Made by a program: the position numbers and the translations under genes. A stretch of 64,000 nt of DNA, from IMG/VR virus record IMGVR_UViG_3300047388_000163, positions 3,132 to 67,131 of that record; one strand, written 5' to 3'. Shown here in pieces: positions 38,464 through 47,835 of this stretch (its first letter is position 1; every line of letters starts with the position of its first letter). The stretch is from a virus. The notes under the pieces were generated by a model that was given only the letters and a program-made list of their open reading frames with translations, was not told the DNA's origin and did not search any database.

Positions 38464-39042
38464 ATGATGCCAACCAGCCATGATCGAAGCTTCATTCCGT
38501 ATCCTTTGGGTTCAGATCCGCAGTTTGAAAAATGCTTGCCTGACACTTTGAAGCAGGAGGGCGGTTATTCGAATGATGCCCATGATCCTGGTGGAATGAC
38601 CATGGAGGGCATCATCCAGCGCGAGTACGACAGCAAGCGCAAACAATGGGGTCTCCCGACACAATGGGTGAAAAAGATCAGCGCTGACGAAATGAGGACG
38701 ATCTACTACACGGATTATTGGCTGCCATACTGCCCTTCCTTGGATGCCGGATTGGATCTGGAGTTTTTCGATCTCTGCGTCAATGGTGGACAACACCGGG
38801 CTATCGTGACCTTACAGAGAGCGCTGGGCATCTCTGATGATGGAATGTGGGGGCAGCAGACCTCTGCCGCTGTCGGTAAATTGGCAGCCTCTGGAGACAT
38901 TCTATCAGCTATTGAAAGACTTAAGGTTGAGCGAGAGAAGTTTTATCGTTCGCTGACGACATTCCGGTATTTCGGCAAAGATTGGATCCGGCGCAGCGAG
39001 GAAATTGCTGAGCAAGGCACTGAAATGGAAAAAACGGCATGA
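38464..39042 (+). CDS. endolysin, glycosyl hydrolase family 108
   Basis: EGGYSNDAHDPGGMTMEGI, IYYTDYW, FDLCVNGG, LQRALGISDDG.WG, FGKDWIRR. Confidence 0.9.
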   Translation: MMPTSHDRSFIPYPLGSDPQFEKCLPDTLKQEGGYSNDAHDPGGMTMEGIIQREYDSKRKQWGLPTQWVKKISADEMRTIYYTDYWLPYCPSLDAGLDLEFFDLCVNGGQHRAIVTLQRALGISDDGMWGQQTSAAVGKLAASGDILSAIERLKVEREKFYRSLTTFRYFGKDWIRRSEEIAEQGTEMEKTA

Positions 39043-39242
39043 AACGCCAACTAGCCTTGTCAGCGATCGATGCCGCTTTCTGCGATGGCCTCAAGCTGAT
39101 TTACGAGCGATTGGTCAGCAACATGAGCGAGCAATCTCATGAGGTGGCTAACGCTGAGTTCACGCGAGGTCTGGATATTAGGCATACCGCATATTCCAAA
39201 GCCCGCGCAGTGGTTGAAGCGTTTTTCCCGGAGGGACAATGA
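39039..39242 (+). CDS. hypothetical protein
   Basis: ATGA-coupled ORF. Confidence 0.6.
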   Translation: MKRQLALSAIDAAFCDGLKLIYERLVSNMSEQSHEVANAEFTRGLDIRHTAYSKARAVVEAFFPEGQ

Positions 39243-39520
39243 TCAGGATCGTTGCATTTCTGCTTCTCACCACTTCGGCATTTGCTGGCGATCGGGTCTA
39301 TGCTGATCCGCGCTGCGATGGACCCGGCCGATATGATGCCATGCGCGATGGCGCGAATTGCTCGAATCCAGCATCAATGCCGATATGCCCGCCAGATCAT
39401 CCGAATCTGATACAAGATGCTCAGGGGCCATATTGTGTTGATTTCAGCCGGGCTGCCAGCGTCCCGGCACAGCCGGCCGCTACGACAGGTGCCAGTCCAT
39501 ATTCGGGGCATGGTCATTGA
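39239..39520 (+). CDS. small secreted Cys-rich protein
   Basis: MIRIVAFLLLTTSAFAG signal peptide; 4 Cys. Confidence 0.6.
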   Translation: MIRIVAFLLLTTSAFAGDRVYADPRCDGPGRYDAMRDGANCSNPASMPICPPDHPNLIQDAQGPYCVDFSRAASVPAQPAATTGASPYSGHGH

Positions 39521-39645
39521 TGCCAAATCGCCATGATGTTAATCCAAGGAGCGTCGCAGATAGTCAGGATCTGATAGGACTCGCTACTTTTGTCGTGGCA
39601 GTAGTGATCCTAGTCATACTTATTATTTGTGTTTTTACACACTGA
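39520..39645 (+). CDS. 41-aa single-TM protein (not in ORF track)
   Basis: TGATG coupling; MPNRHDVN...LIGLATFVVAVVILVILIICVFTH. Confidence 0.45.
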   Translation: MPNRHDVNPRSVADSQDLIGLATFVVAVVILVILIICVFTH

Positions 39646-39656
39646 GGAGAAAAGGC

Positions 39657-40637
39657 ATGGATATCAATAAAGCTATTGAATCGATGTGGTCAATCGTAAA
39701 GCCACAGATTTCCAGTCTGATAAGGGGCGGCTTCAAGGTCGTCGCCGGAATGATCGGCGGTTGGGGCGCGCTGAAGAATCCGGGTAGTCAAGAGCAGTTC
39801 ATTGACCTCGGAACCGCCGTTGTCCTATACCTGATTGGGCAGGGATGGTCGTGGTGGCAGGCTAGCGGACAGGATTTTGTCAAGGCTCAGTTTGAGGTAA
39901 TCCAGGCCAAGACGCTTGCTCAGGCGCAGAAATTGAGGACGGCTGGGATCCCTCAGGTGACCGTCAAGGAGATCGCGCAGCAAAGCCCGACGATGACGCT
40001 AGCTGAGACTGCCAAAGTGATACCGACATTGCCGGCTGAGATCCAGGCAAATATCTCGCCAACGGCGGCAGCCAAGATCGTTGCCGTGCTTGCCATCATG
40101 ATCATCGCCATGTTTTTTTCTGGACTTGATCCGGCGAGCGCTCAGGTCCGGCAAAAGGCAACCGCTACAGCTCCGGCAGCCGTTGATACACCAGCACCGG
40201 ATCAGAAATGCTTGATCCCATGGGATCCTCTGAAGCTATGCGGAGTGCTCACCGGAAATGCGGCGGATGACTTCAAACGCGTAGTGAAGCGGATTCAATT
40301 GGTAGGCAAGACAGATCTGCAGTATGCCGCACTCAAGGCTATCAATGCCAATACGCCAGCTTCTAAGGTGCGCCTTCAATGCTTGAATGGTGTCTTGGAC
40401 ATGAAGGCAAAGTTCGAAGATGACCTCAAGGATTCCACCGGAACGGTAGTTCCGAGGCCGGACCCAGACGCCATCACGGTGATTGAAGAAACGGCCGAAC
40501 TCGTTGATGCATTGGCACCGCAAGGGGCTCTATTCACATCCTGCGCTGGCGCGGCTCAGTTGTTCAAGACGAGCACCTTGGCGGCTATCAACGGCCTTGT
40601 TACGGGTGCTGTCGGCCTCGTGGCGATGGGTGGATGA
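39657..40637 (+). CDS. holin-like membrane protein with internal signal-like segment
   Basis: GAGGAG RBS; two N-terminal hydrophobic segments ending WSWWQ; KIVAVLAIMIIAMFFSGLDPASAQ; C-terminal hydrophobic tail. Confidence 0.55.
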   Translation: MDINKAIESMWSIVKPQISSLIRGGFKVVAGMIGGWGALKNPGSQEQFIDLGTAVVLYLIGQGWSWWQASGQDFVKAQFEVIQAKTLAQAQKLRTAGIPQVTVKEIAQQSPTMTLAETAKVIPTLPAEIQANISPTAAAKIVAVLAIMIIAMFFSGLDPASAQVRQKATATAPAAVDTPAPDQKCLIPWDPLKLCGVLTGNAADDFKRVVKRIQLVGKTDLQYAALKAINANTPASKVRLQCLNGVLDMKAKFEDDLKDSTGTVVPRPDPDAITVIEETAELVDALAPQGALFTSCAGAAQLFKTSTLAAINGLVTGAVGLVAMGG

Positions 40638-40638
40638 G

Positions 40639-41163
40639 ATGATAATTCTCAGATTCGTCTGCCATGATGATGGCATATCCAGAGCCATCATTGCCGTGAC
40701 CGGTGGCCAAGTTGCACACGCTGAGGCAATTATGCGTGGCGGTACGATCATCGGTGCATTCGCAGAGGGCGGTGTGCAGGAGCGTCGCCTGGACTACGAC
40801 GGTGGAAAGTTCAAATTCGAACAACTCATCGCGCTGCCAGCCGACGACGACATGACCGCGAGGTTTGAGCACTATCTGCGCTCGCCCAACGTTCTAGGCG
40901 AGAAATACGATTATTTCGGGCTGCTGGATTTCGTTGAGCATTTCGACCTTCATACACAGCACAAGGTATTCTGCTCTGCGACGATGCAGGATGATCTCAG
41001 GTGGATTGGATATTTCCCAAATCCATTGCCTATTCCTGCACACAAAGTCAGCCCGATCATGCTTCAGCAAATGGTGCTGTCGCGTCCCGATGTTCGAGTG
41101 ATTACGCGTGACGATCCTATTTTCAAGGCGCACATCTCCAAGGTGGAGAAGATCGGGGCATGA
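40639..41163 (+). CDS. permuted papain-like peptidase/amidase (YiiX/YaeF, C92-like)
   Basis: His before Cys: VAHAE...LGEKYDY...VFCSA...KVSP. Confidence 0.7.
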   Translation: MIILRFVCHDDGISRAIIAVTGGQVAHAEAIMRGGTIIGAFAEGGVQERRLDYDGGKFKFEQLIALPADDDMTARFEHYLRSPNVLGEKYDYFGLLDFVEHFDLHTQHKVFCSATMQDDLRWIGYFPNPLPIPAHKVSPIMLQQMVLSRPDVRVITRDDPIFKAHISKVEKIGA

Positions 41164-41164
41164 G

Positions 41165-41482
41165 ATGTCAGGCGATTTCCTGTTCATTAACCTACGGGAT
41201 TTCGCGATCGGAATGCAGGGCGGTTTTGCTGGAGTTTTCCTGCTAAAAAAACCGAAGGCGAGAGATCTGCTTGCCCACGGAATAGTGGGAGGATTGGTTG
41301 GGAACGTTGGCGGACCATGGCTGGAGGCGGTGCTTGAGAAATTTGCATATGAATTATGCATCTTTGTCTCGCCTGAGATATCCTCGGATTTATCGTGCTT
41401 CATTGTTGGAGCATGCGGGATGGCTATTCTGCATTTGGCCATTAAATTTGTTGAATCCATAGAGAAAAGGCTGAGAGGATGA
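41165..41482 (+). CDS. holin-like membrane protein
   Basis: Three hydrophobic Gly-rich segments; lysis region. Confidence 0.55.
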   Translation: MSGDFLFINLRDFAIGMQGGFAGVFLLKKPKARDLLAHGIVGGLVGNVGGPWLEAVLEKFAYELCIFVSPEISSDLSCFIVGACGMAILHLAIKFVESIEKRLRG

Positions 41483-41967
41483 ATAGCATGGTCTTGATGT
41501 ATTTTCTGGAAGCCATCGTATGCGCTTCTCTCCTCATGTATGTCATGATCAAGTACGAGGAGCGGGAACGAGCCAATAAAATTGATCCTGATCCTCCATG
41601 GCTTCGCTTGGCACGGAAAAGCTCGTTCTTTGTCGCCGCTTCCCTAATGATTTTTTCTGCGGCGGCTTATCGAGTGTGGGTAATTTCAATCCCGGTACTA
41701 TTACTTGTGGCTGCGATCATACTGATTCTCGCATTCAATGCGATTTCTCAATATCGACGGACACCTCCTGACGATCGGGAAGGCGTTCAGGAGGCAATAC
41801 AGCATGGCTATCCAGCCTTTGGTCATTACATTTCGAAGTCGGATGTGACGCGCCTCGATGCTGGTCAAAAGCACATCATAGACTTGGTTGAAGAAGTTCT
41901 CAGAAACCAAGAACTGCGGCCAGATAAGGCGATCGTTTATCCCGTGCAATTCCATTCCAAGCAATGA
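41479..41967 (+). CDS. membrane protein
   Basis: Three hydrophobic segments. Confidence 0.6.
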   Translation: MNSMVLMYFLEAIVCASLLMYVMIKYEERERANKIDPDPPWLRLARKSSFFVAASLMIFSAAAYRVWVISIPVLLLVAAIILILAFNAISQYRRTPPDDREGVQEAIQHGYPAFGHYISKSDVTRLDAGQKHIIDLVEEVLRNQELRPDKAIVYPVQFHSKQ

Positions 41968-41981
41968 CTATGAGACCATGA

Positions 41982-42422
41982 ATGGCACTGAAGGTAAACG
42001 AGGGCTTCGTCCCCATCCCTGACCCGACGACGCTAACGAATGAGGCGGTGGCGCAACTCAGGATGCAGGTGCTTGAGATATTGGACATCAGGCTCAGTGC
42101 ATTTCGAGAGCTAGTGGATGAAAAGTTTAAGGGAGTTTCCACCGAATTTACTATGCGGGATATCGCGCTCGCCGCAGCGTTTAAAGCTGCTGAAGCGGCG
42201 GTGACGCAACAGAACCAGTCTAATCAGTTGGCATCGGATAAATCGGCGACCGCGTTCACCAAACAGATCGACAACCTTGATGAGAAGATCAACAACATAA
42301 AAGAGGACGTGGGGCAGCTACGAACCCGAAATTATGCCGCAGTTGGCGGGTACATCGTCGGTGCCTTGGGAGTGGTTTTGACGGTTATTTCGGTTATTCT
42401 CCATTTACCACGTACCATTTGA
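41982..42422 (+). CDS. coiled-coil protein with C-terminal TM
   Basis: PDPTTLT, ALAAAFKAAEAAV, C-terminal hydrophobic helix. Confidence 0.6.
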   Translation: MALKVNEGFVPIPDPTTLTNEAVAQLRMQVLEILDIRLSAFRELVDEKFKGVSTEFTMRDIALAAAFKAAEAAVTQQNQSNQLASDKSATAFTKQIDNLDEKINNIKEDVGQLRTRNYAAVGGYIVGALGVVLTVISVILHLPRTI

Positions 42423-42699
42423 TGCAGTTCCTGGCCAAATGCGCTGCGTCAATCTCCAAGAACCTGCATTCGCGATGGGTGCTGATCAAATTCGAAGCCG
42501 AGCAAGGGCATTTCACCGGAGAAATTGCCAAGGCGTTAGGTGAATTGCAGCCTGACAAGACGTATCGGATAACGATTGAGGAAGTCTCATGATGCAAACC
42601 GAGCTTGATCAACGCCGCCGCTTGGTGTGGGCGCGAGCGGTTATCGGTTTATGGATGGCATGTATTGTTTGGATTCTGATGGTCTCTGGCTTTCGAGTT

Positions 42700-42906
42700 T
42701 CATAAATCTTCCGTTTCGAACTTGCATCCTTCGCAGCGAAGTGGAGCATCAGTGCATGAACTGCATGGCGCGTTGACGTGGCACGAGCAATTCTTGGAAA
42801 AGAAAGCCAGCACTCCATTGCGGCACTCAGGGCACGGCGAGCCCTCGTCAAGAATATCCATTTCAAGAGTATATTTTGGTTCTCGATAATCCCAAACTAT
42901 ACTCAT
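42700..42906 (-). CDS. small Cys-rich hypothetical protein
   Basis: CPEC...NCSCHVNAPCSSC...CEGC. Confidence 0.55.
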   Translation of the reverse strand: MSIVWDYREPKYTLEMDILDEGSPCPECRNGVLAFFSKNCSCHVNAPCSSCTDAPLRCEGCKFETEDL

Positions 42907-43493
42907 GTTATTTCCTCTGGCCGCTCTGGCGTGGGGGCTGATGACGTCGGGGTGGCGGTGAGAGCAATGAAGCGCTTGAGGAATCGGGACTTGGCTTGCC
43001 CAGGCGACCAAGACGGAATCTGAAAATCAAGCGGAGTGCGGCCCCTGCAATATTCCCAATCGTCTCGGTTTTTCATGAGTTGATGCTGCTCTGTCACAAG
43101 CATGATGACATCAGCTTCCTTGATCGTGGGCGGCAGCGGCGACACCACATTGAACCGCTCGAATACTGCGGCCTCGACGCGCTTCTCTATGATGCTAAAC
43201 TCAGGCAGCATCACCTTCATTGGCTTTGCCATGTCGCCTACGAATGCCTCCGCTGCATCGTGCATCAGACCCTGGTAGGCATGCTCTGGTGGAACAATCT
43301 CGCTGAGATGAACGCAATGTTGAGCCACCGAGTAAAATCGGCTGCACTGCCCGGTAAACCGGCAAGTCATCGATAGGCCATGAGCGATATCCTCGATCGT
43401 GAATTCGCTCGTGTGAGGGGCTTCAAAATCGAAGTACGATCCGCCAAAAAGCAGAATGGTAGGGCCAATGATGCGACGGACAGTTTCGTTCAT
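42903..43493 (-). CDS. HD-domain phosphohydrolase (YfbR/YfdR-like)
   Basis: IEDIAHGLS..CRFTG, YSVAQH, GLMHDAAEAFVGD..KP.K, KEAD. Confidence 0.85.
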   Translation of the reverse strand: MNETVRRIIGPTILLFGGSYFDFEAPHTSEFTIEDIAHGLSMTCRFTGQCSRFYSVAQHCVHLSEIVPPEHAYQGLMHDAAEAFVGDMAKPMKVMLPEFSIIEKRVEAAVFERFNVVSPLPPTIKEADVIMLVTEQHQLMKNRDDWEYCRGRTPLDFQIPSWSPGQAKSRFLKRFIALTATPTSSAPTPERPEEIT

Positions 43494-44347
43494 CTCGTTT
43501 TCCCATCCCCCTTGGCATCGGCGAGGCATCTGATTTTCTCGGCTATCGTAACGCAAGCGCGATCCCATGGGGTACCGTGCTCGCAACGTTGCTCTAGGGC
43601 CACTTTCACTGCCGCCTCGATCACCGCCGCTCTGTCCACGGAGGGAGGGGCGAGCGCGAGTGCAGCAACGATATTTCGGGATATCCAGCCTTCCCAGTGC
43701 TCTTCTGGGTTTGGTGGGATATTGAGGTCGTCGTCGCACAGCATCTTGTAGACGATCTGCACGCGCGCATCTTCAAATTCCGGTAGTTCATCCCGCAGCG
43801 GCTCTGCCTTAGCGTCGGCAGCCTGTGGCAATGGCGAATGCTTCGGTTTTGACGCCTGTTTCTCCCGGATCTGATCAATCTTGGTCCAGACGCGCGCCAA
43901 TTCGGTTTCGCCGCCCTGGTGCATGTCGAGATCGTTCGCCAAGCACAGCGCAGCCAATGTCACCATGACGCCGCCGACCTCTTGATTGACATCTCCTTGG
44001 CCGCGGCCGTAGACGTAATCGACAAGCTGATGCGCCTCACTGGCGGTGCATCCTAGAGCCTGCACAAGCTCAAGCGCCTCTTCAAGAAAGCGGTGATTGC
44101 GTTCGATGGTGTCGCGGCAGACTTCCATGGAAAACGTAGCTATCATCCAATCCTGAACGCGACGCTGAAATGTTGGCGTCTCCGCCGCCTTCGCCGCATA
44201 GCTCAGCGCGTGCATGGCCCTGTGCACCTCATTTGGGATGACAAAGTTCATATCCCTCGAATTGGCTTGCGCCACCTTCAACCTATCAATCCCGGCCTTG
44301 AGATTGGCCGCTGCGTCGCGGATGTAGTCGGCGAGGGTGTCGGTCAT
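43490..44347 (-). CDS. MazG-like nucleotide pyrophosphohydrolase domain protein
   Basis: ERNHRFLEEALELVQA...QEVGGVMVTLAALC. Confidence 0.65.
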   Translation of the reverse strand: MTDTLADYIRDAAANLKAGIDRLKVAQANSRDMNFVIPNEVHRAMHALSYAAKAAETPTFQRRVQDWMIATFSMEVCRDTIERNHRFLEEALELVQALGCTASEAHQLVDYVYGRGQGDVNQEVGGVMVTLAALCLANDLDMHQGGETELARVWTKIDQIREKQASKPKHSPLPQAADAKAEPLRDELPEFEDARVQIVYKMLCDDDLNIPPNPEEHWEGWISRNIVAALALAPPSVDRAAVIEAAVKVALEQRCEHGTPWDRACVTIAEKIRCLADAKGDGKTR

Positions 44348-44613
44348 TGTGTGAGCCTTCCTATCGCGGCCTTGCCAGCCTTGAGAATTTGGTACCTGTG
44401 TGTGACCCTGAGATATGGCGCATTGCCATTCCAGTCTCGGGGATCGGCTAGTTTGCGGCGTCCGACCATCTTGCGTTTGAGCAGATCAGTTAAACTTGGC
44501 CTATCGATGTGAACGTAGTCTCCCTGGTAGACTTCTGGATCAGGACCAACAAGCGGGCGAATGCAGAGGAGATGCAAAAATTGCCGCTGCATTTCGCTCA
44601 GCTCGCTCATCAC
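44344..44613 (-). CDS. hypothetical protein
   Basis: Coupled ORF in early operon. Confidence 0.5.
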   Translation of the reverse strand: MMSELSEMQRQFLHLLCIRPLVGPDPEVYQGDYVHIDRPSLTDLLKRKMVGRRKLADPRDWNGNAPYLRVTHRYQILKAGKAAIGRLTQ

Positions 44614-44945
44614 CTCTGCTCCGATCGCCGCAGCCCGTCCGTTAGTTCTGAGATCGGTGTCATGTCTCGCACGCCTCTGTTATAGCCGTCTTCTTCCGCG
44701 CGAATTAGGGCCTGTCTGTGATCAGCCTCCAGCGCATAGATTGATCGCATCACATGGCTGTCTTCCGCGCGACATCCGTCAAGTTGGATTTCTAAATCTC
44801 GAATATAATCCACCAAGTGCCTCTCGTGACTCTTGAGTTGGCAGGCCGCTGTTTTTAGTCCATCGATTCCGAAATGCGTGGCGGCGCACTTCACGCTGGT
44901 GAAAACCTCGTCACAGTGAAAGCAGCGCCATTGTTTGCGGGCCAT
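44610..44945 (-). CDS. C2H2-like Zn-finger hypothetical protein
   Basis: WRCFHCDEVFT....A..HFG. Confidence 0.6.
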   Translation of the reverse strand: MARKQWRCFHCDEVFTSVKCAATHFGIDGLKTAACQLKSHERHLVDYIRDLEIQLDGCRAEDSHVMRSIYALEADHRQALIRAEEDGYNRGVRDMTPISELTDGLRRSEQR

Positions 44946-45764
44946 CACCTTCCCATCCCCTGATACGGCGATGCCCCATGGTCGCGCTGCTGGCAGGCCT
45001 GCTCGTGGCCGGGGGCGCAGGTGGACGGGGACGCTTCGTGAACTGGCCTCAAAACCCATCTGTCGCTGCGAACCTCGCGCTCATAATGCTCGCAAGACAG
45101 CACATTCCCGGTTTGCGTGCACAGCATTGGATTGCGCCATGCCGGTGGCACCAACTCGGCCGCATGCACCTCGGTCTGCATCACGATCGCAAACAGCGCG
45201 CGGACGGCTAGGCGGGTGGTGAGGTGGCGGGACATGTCAATACCCTCCCGTTTTGGCATGCTGGCTGCAGAACAGGCCGCCGAGACCGTGGCCATCCTTG
45301 CGCTTGCAGCGAAATAGGTGCTGGGCGAGCGATCCACTGCCGGCGAATCCGGCGCATCGACCCGGGGTCCATGGCTTTGGCTCGTGATCTTCCATAAAGC
45401 ATTCGTATTTGCGTGCCTTGATTGATTCTATAGTCTCAATTCGTTCGCTCACAGCCAAACCCTCCCGACGATAGCCGCCACCACGATCAGCGCCACGATC
45501 GCGCGGGCACCACGATGCCATTTCACGGCTGAGGCGGTCATGATTCGCGCGTTTGGACCATAGGTCCCATCAGCAAATTTCCTCGATCATCATGATATTT
45601 CCACCAAAGTTGCTCCAAGCGATCAAGGTCATTATATGACCAGCCGATTTTGAGGCAGTAACCGAGCCAATTAGCACAAGCCAACAGCGCTTTTTGTGAA
45701 GGCATCATACGCTCCGTTTACGAATCAATATGGCCACAGGTCCTGGTTTATGTCAACGGGCGGT

Positions 45765-46298
45765 TTACGAATTAATCGGGCCATTGCCAAATCGAGCTGG
45801 CGGCAGAAGGCTGGCCGAACCGCCAAAGCCAGCGCCATAGTTCCGGCCGATCTTCTCCATCAGGGCAATGCCGTCAGCATCGGTATCATCCCTCATGGCA
45901 TCATCGATATAGGCGCTGTCTTGCCCAGATAGCGGTTTCTCGGGCTGCGGAGCGGCCGCTGTTGCGACTTTGACCTTCCCCGGTACTTCGGCGAAGGCTG
46001 CGGCTTTGATCTCCTCCTGGAGGTCCCCAAGCTGCCTCATCATCATCGCGGTGGCGCCTTCCATCTTGGCGCTGACCCGGATGGCCACCCGCTCATATTG
46101 TTCCCGGCTTGCGGTAACGCGATCTACCTCAAGTTTTAGGAAATCGACCTTGTAGGCGAGTGCCTGGTTCTCGGCATTGGCGGTTCGGAGCTGATCGGTC
46201 AGAAGCATGACCTTCAACTGAGATTCGGCTAGGTCAATTTTCAGCTTGTCGTATTCGTCGAAAAACCTCGCCTCGGTCGATTCGCGGTCGTGGATCAT
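45765..46298 (-). CDS. coiled-coil hypothetical protein
   Basis: GAGG RBS; heptad pattern. Confidence 0.6.
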   Translation of the reverse strand: MIHDRESTEARFFDEYDKLKIDLAESQLKVMLLTDQLRTANAENQALAYKVDFLKLEVDRVTASREQYERVAIRVSAKMEGATAMMMRQLGDLQEEIKAAAFAEVPGKVKVATAAAPQPEKPLSGQDSAYIDDAMRDDTDADGIALMEKIGRNYGAGFGGSASLLPPARFGNGPINS

Positions 46299-46482
46299 GT
46301 GATGTCCTCTGCAACAAGTTTATACCGCTCTCCATCAATCCAAATGATCTCTGGATTGCGCTTCTCTCTTTCGCTGACCAGCACATAGCCAACATTTTCT
46401 GCAACTATGGTGGCTAGCCAGAATTGATCTTCGCATGAGAGCTTGAATAATTGCTCTCTGATGTCGTCTCGTGAACCTGCGA

Positions 46483-46746
46483 TCATGTCTTTACCCTTGG
46501 ATAAACCATCCTGTTTTGCGGCCCCGGCGTTGTTGATAAAGCCACGTGAAATTTTCCGCGACGCAAAGCTGCTCCGAGACTAACGAAACAACCCGGCGGA
46601 CCACCCGAGCTTGGACACCGCCACGATCGTTTGTCAGGAAATAGCATCTCAGCAAGCCCAGCAAACGACATCGGCTGACCTGCCAAGGCGATATCAATTC
46701 TATGCACGAGGCTGGCCTTCATCTCTGCTGGAAACAGATTCTGCAA
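46483..46746 (-). CDS. hypothetical protein
   Basis: ORF in coupled series. Confidence 0.5.
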   Translation of the reverse strand: MQNLFPAEMKASLVHRIDIALAGQPMSFAGLAEMLFPDKRSWRCPSSGGPPGCFVSLGAALRRGKFHVALSTTPGPQNRMVYPRVKT

Positions 46747-47105
46747 TGGGAAGCACAGTAAGGGAAACCCTGCAATTGCTTCCGGCCGCAGAATAGATAA
46801 TCCGAAGCCCCTACAGGATATCGACAGTTATTTGGCTTCAAATCTGCAAACGGTATCAAGTCGGCAAGATCGGCAACTTCCTCCGCAACCGGCTCGCATT
46901 GCATGTACGGAGGTTTGGCCACGGGTTTTCTCGGCTCTCTCGGTTTTGCGACGCCATGAAGCGGAATCTTGTTTCTGAAAGCGACCCCAATCACGGCGCA
47001 CCGAGTCATACCACCGATTTGCGCGGCAATCTGCGATGCCGATAGCCCATTTTCCGAAAATCTGGCGATCGAGGCAATGGTTTCCTTGGAATGAACCGCG
47101 CTCAT
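46719..47105 (-). CDS. gcrA: GcrA-like cell-cycle transcription regulator
   Basis: GLSASQIAAQIGGMTRCAVIG..FR; L...NCRYPVG...FCG......PYCASH. Confidence 0.85.
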   Translation of the reverse strand: MSAVHSKETIASIARFSENGLSASQIAAQIGGMTRCAVIGVAFRNKIPLHGVAKPREPRKPVAKPPYMQCEPVAEEVADLADLIPFADLKPNNCRYPVGASDYLFCGRKQLQGFPYCASHCRICFQQR

Positions 47106-47323
47106 GATGGCGGATTCCCATCGACAGTAAGAGATCCGGCTATGCCATAACTGCTGCCGAAACCTCCGGTGGCATATGTGTCCATATATTCTGGATGATC
47201 ACTGGACATTTTCGGTCGGAAACCGGCAGATCTCTCCGCTCGGATCCATTCTGATTTGGTTACCTGAACCCATTTCGATCCTGGAATTCCTTCAGACTTC
47301 AACCAATGTGTGTATTCTGTCAT
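47102..47323 (-). CDS. hypothetical protein
   Basis: AAGGA RBS; ATGA coupling. Confidence 0.55.
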   Translation of the reverse strand: MTEYTHWLKSEGIPGSKWVQVTKSEWIRAERSAGFRPKMSSDHPEYMDTYATGGFGSSYGIAGSLTVDGNPPS

Positions 47324-47835
47324 GTCGTTTCCTTTGCGTTCTTGGTCAGTTCTTCCAAAGAAATTCCGCACATAGAGGCGATGCGCTCCAAGACCTTCTG
47401 CTTTGAGGCTTCGAAATCTTTGTGTCCCATGCTGGCGTGGTCTTGCGATTGCGGAACCCAAATATGTAGAAGCAAACCTTCCTGCTTCATGACTGCATAT
47501 GGCTCCATCTTGCGGACCATCAGAATCATGGCAGCCATTGCTTCTTCATTCGCGCATAAATGCTCGGTGTGATCCGCATAGCCTTCCCAAACCAAGCATC
47601 TCTTTCGCAGGTGCTCAGGCGACAATATTTTCTCGCCGTATTGCTCAGGAAGGTTGTCGAATCCCTTCCGCACGCAAGCATGAAAGTGGCGGTGGCTCTC
47701 TTCTGATCGCCCCTTGTGATCAACCAGAACGTATTCCGTGCCGGCGCGGTACTGCCGTTCTGCAAGCTTGCGGAAACGGTCGAGAGGGACCATCTCGCGA
47801 CCGGACCAGACAAACGCTACCGCTTCTATTTTCAT
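47320..47835 (-). CDS. DUF1367/NinB-like recombination-associated protein
   Basis: RSEESHRHFHA, EHLRK.CL...GY, PQSQ...SMGHKDF. Confidence 0.55.
   Translation of the reverse strand: MKIEAVAFVWSGREMVPLDRFRKLAERQYRAGTEYVLVDHKGRSEESHRHFHACVRKGFDNLPEQYGEKILSPEHLRKRCLVWEGYADHTEHLCANEEAMAAMILMVRKMEPYAVMKQEGLLLHIWVPQSQDHASMGHKDFEASKQKVLERIASMCGISLEELTKNAKETT

Noticed and set aside
739-38546. Many long antisense ORFs in the ORF track
   Set aside because: They shadow well-supported + strand genes in GC-rich DNA and lack RBS or motifs
42903-44347. Z-genome (2-aminoadenine) pathway
   Set aside because: HD and MazG-like genes are present but no PurZ was seen in the window
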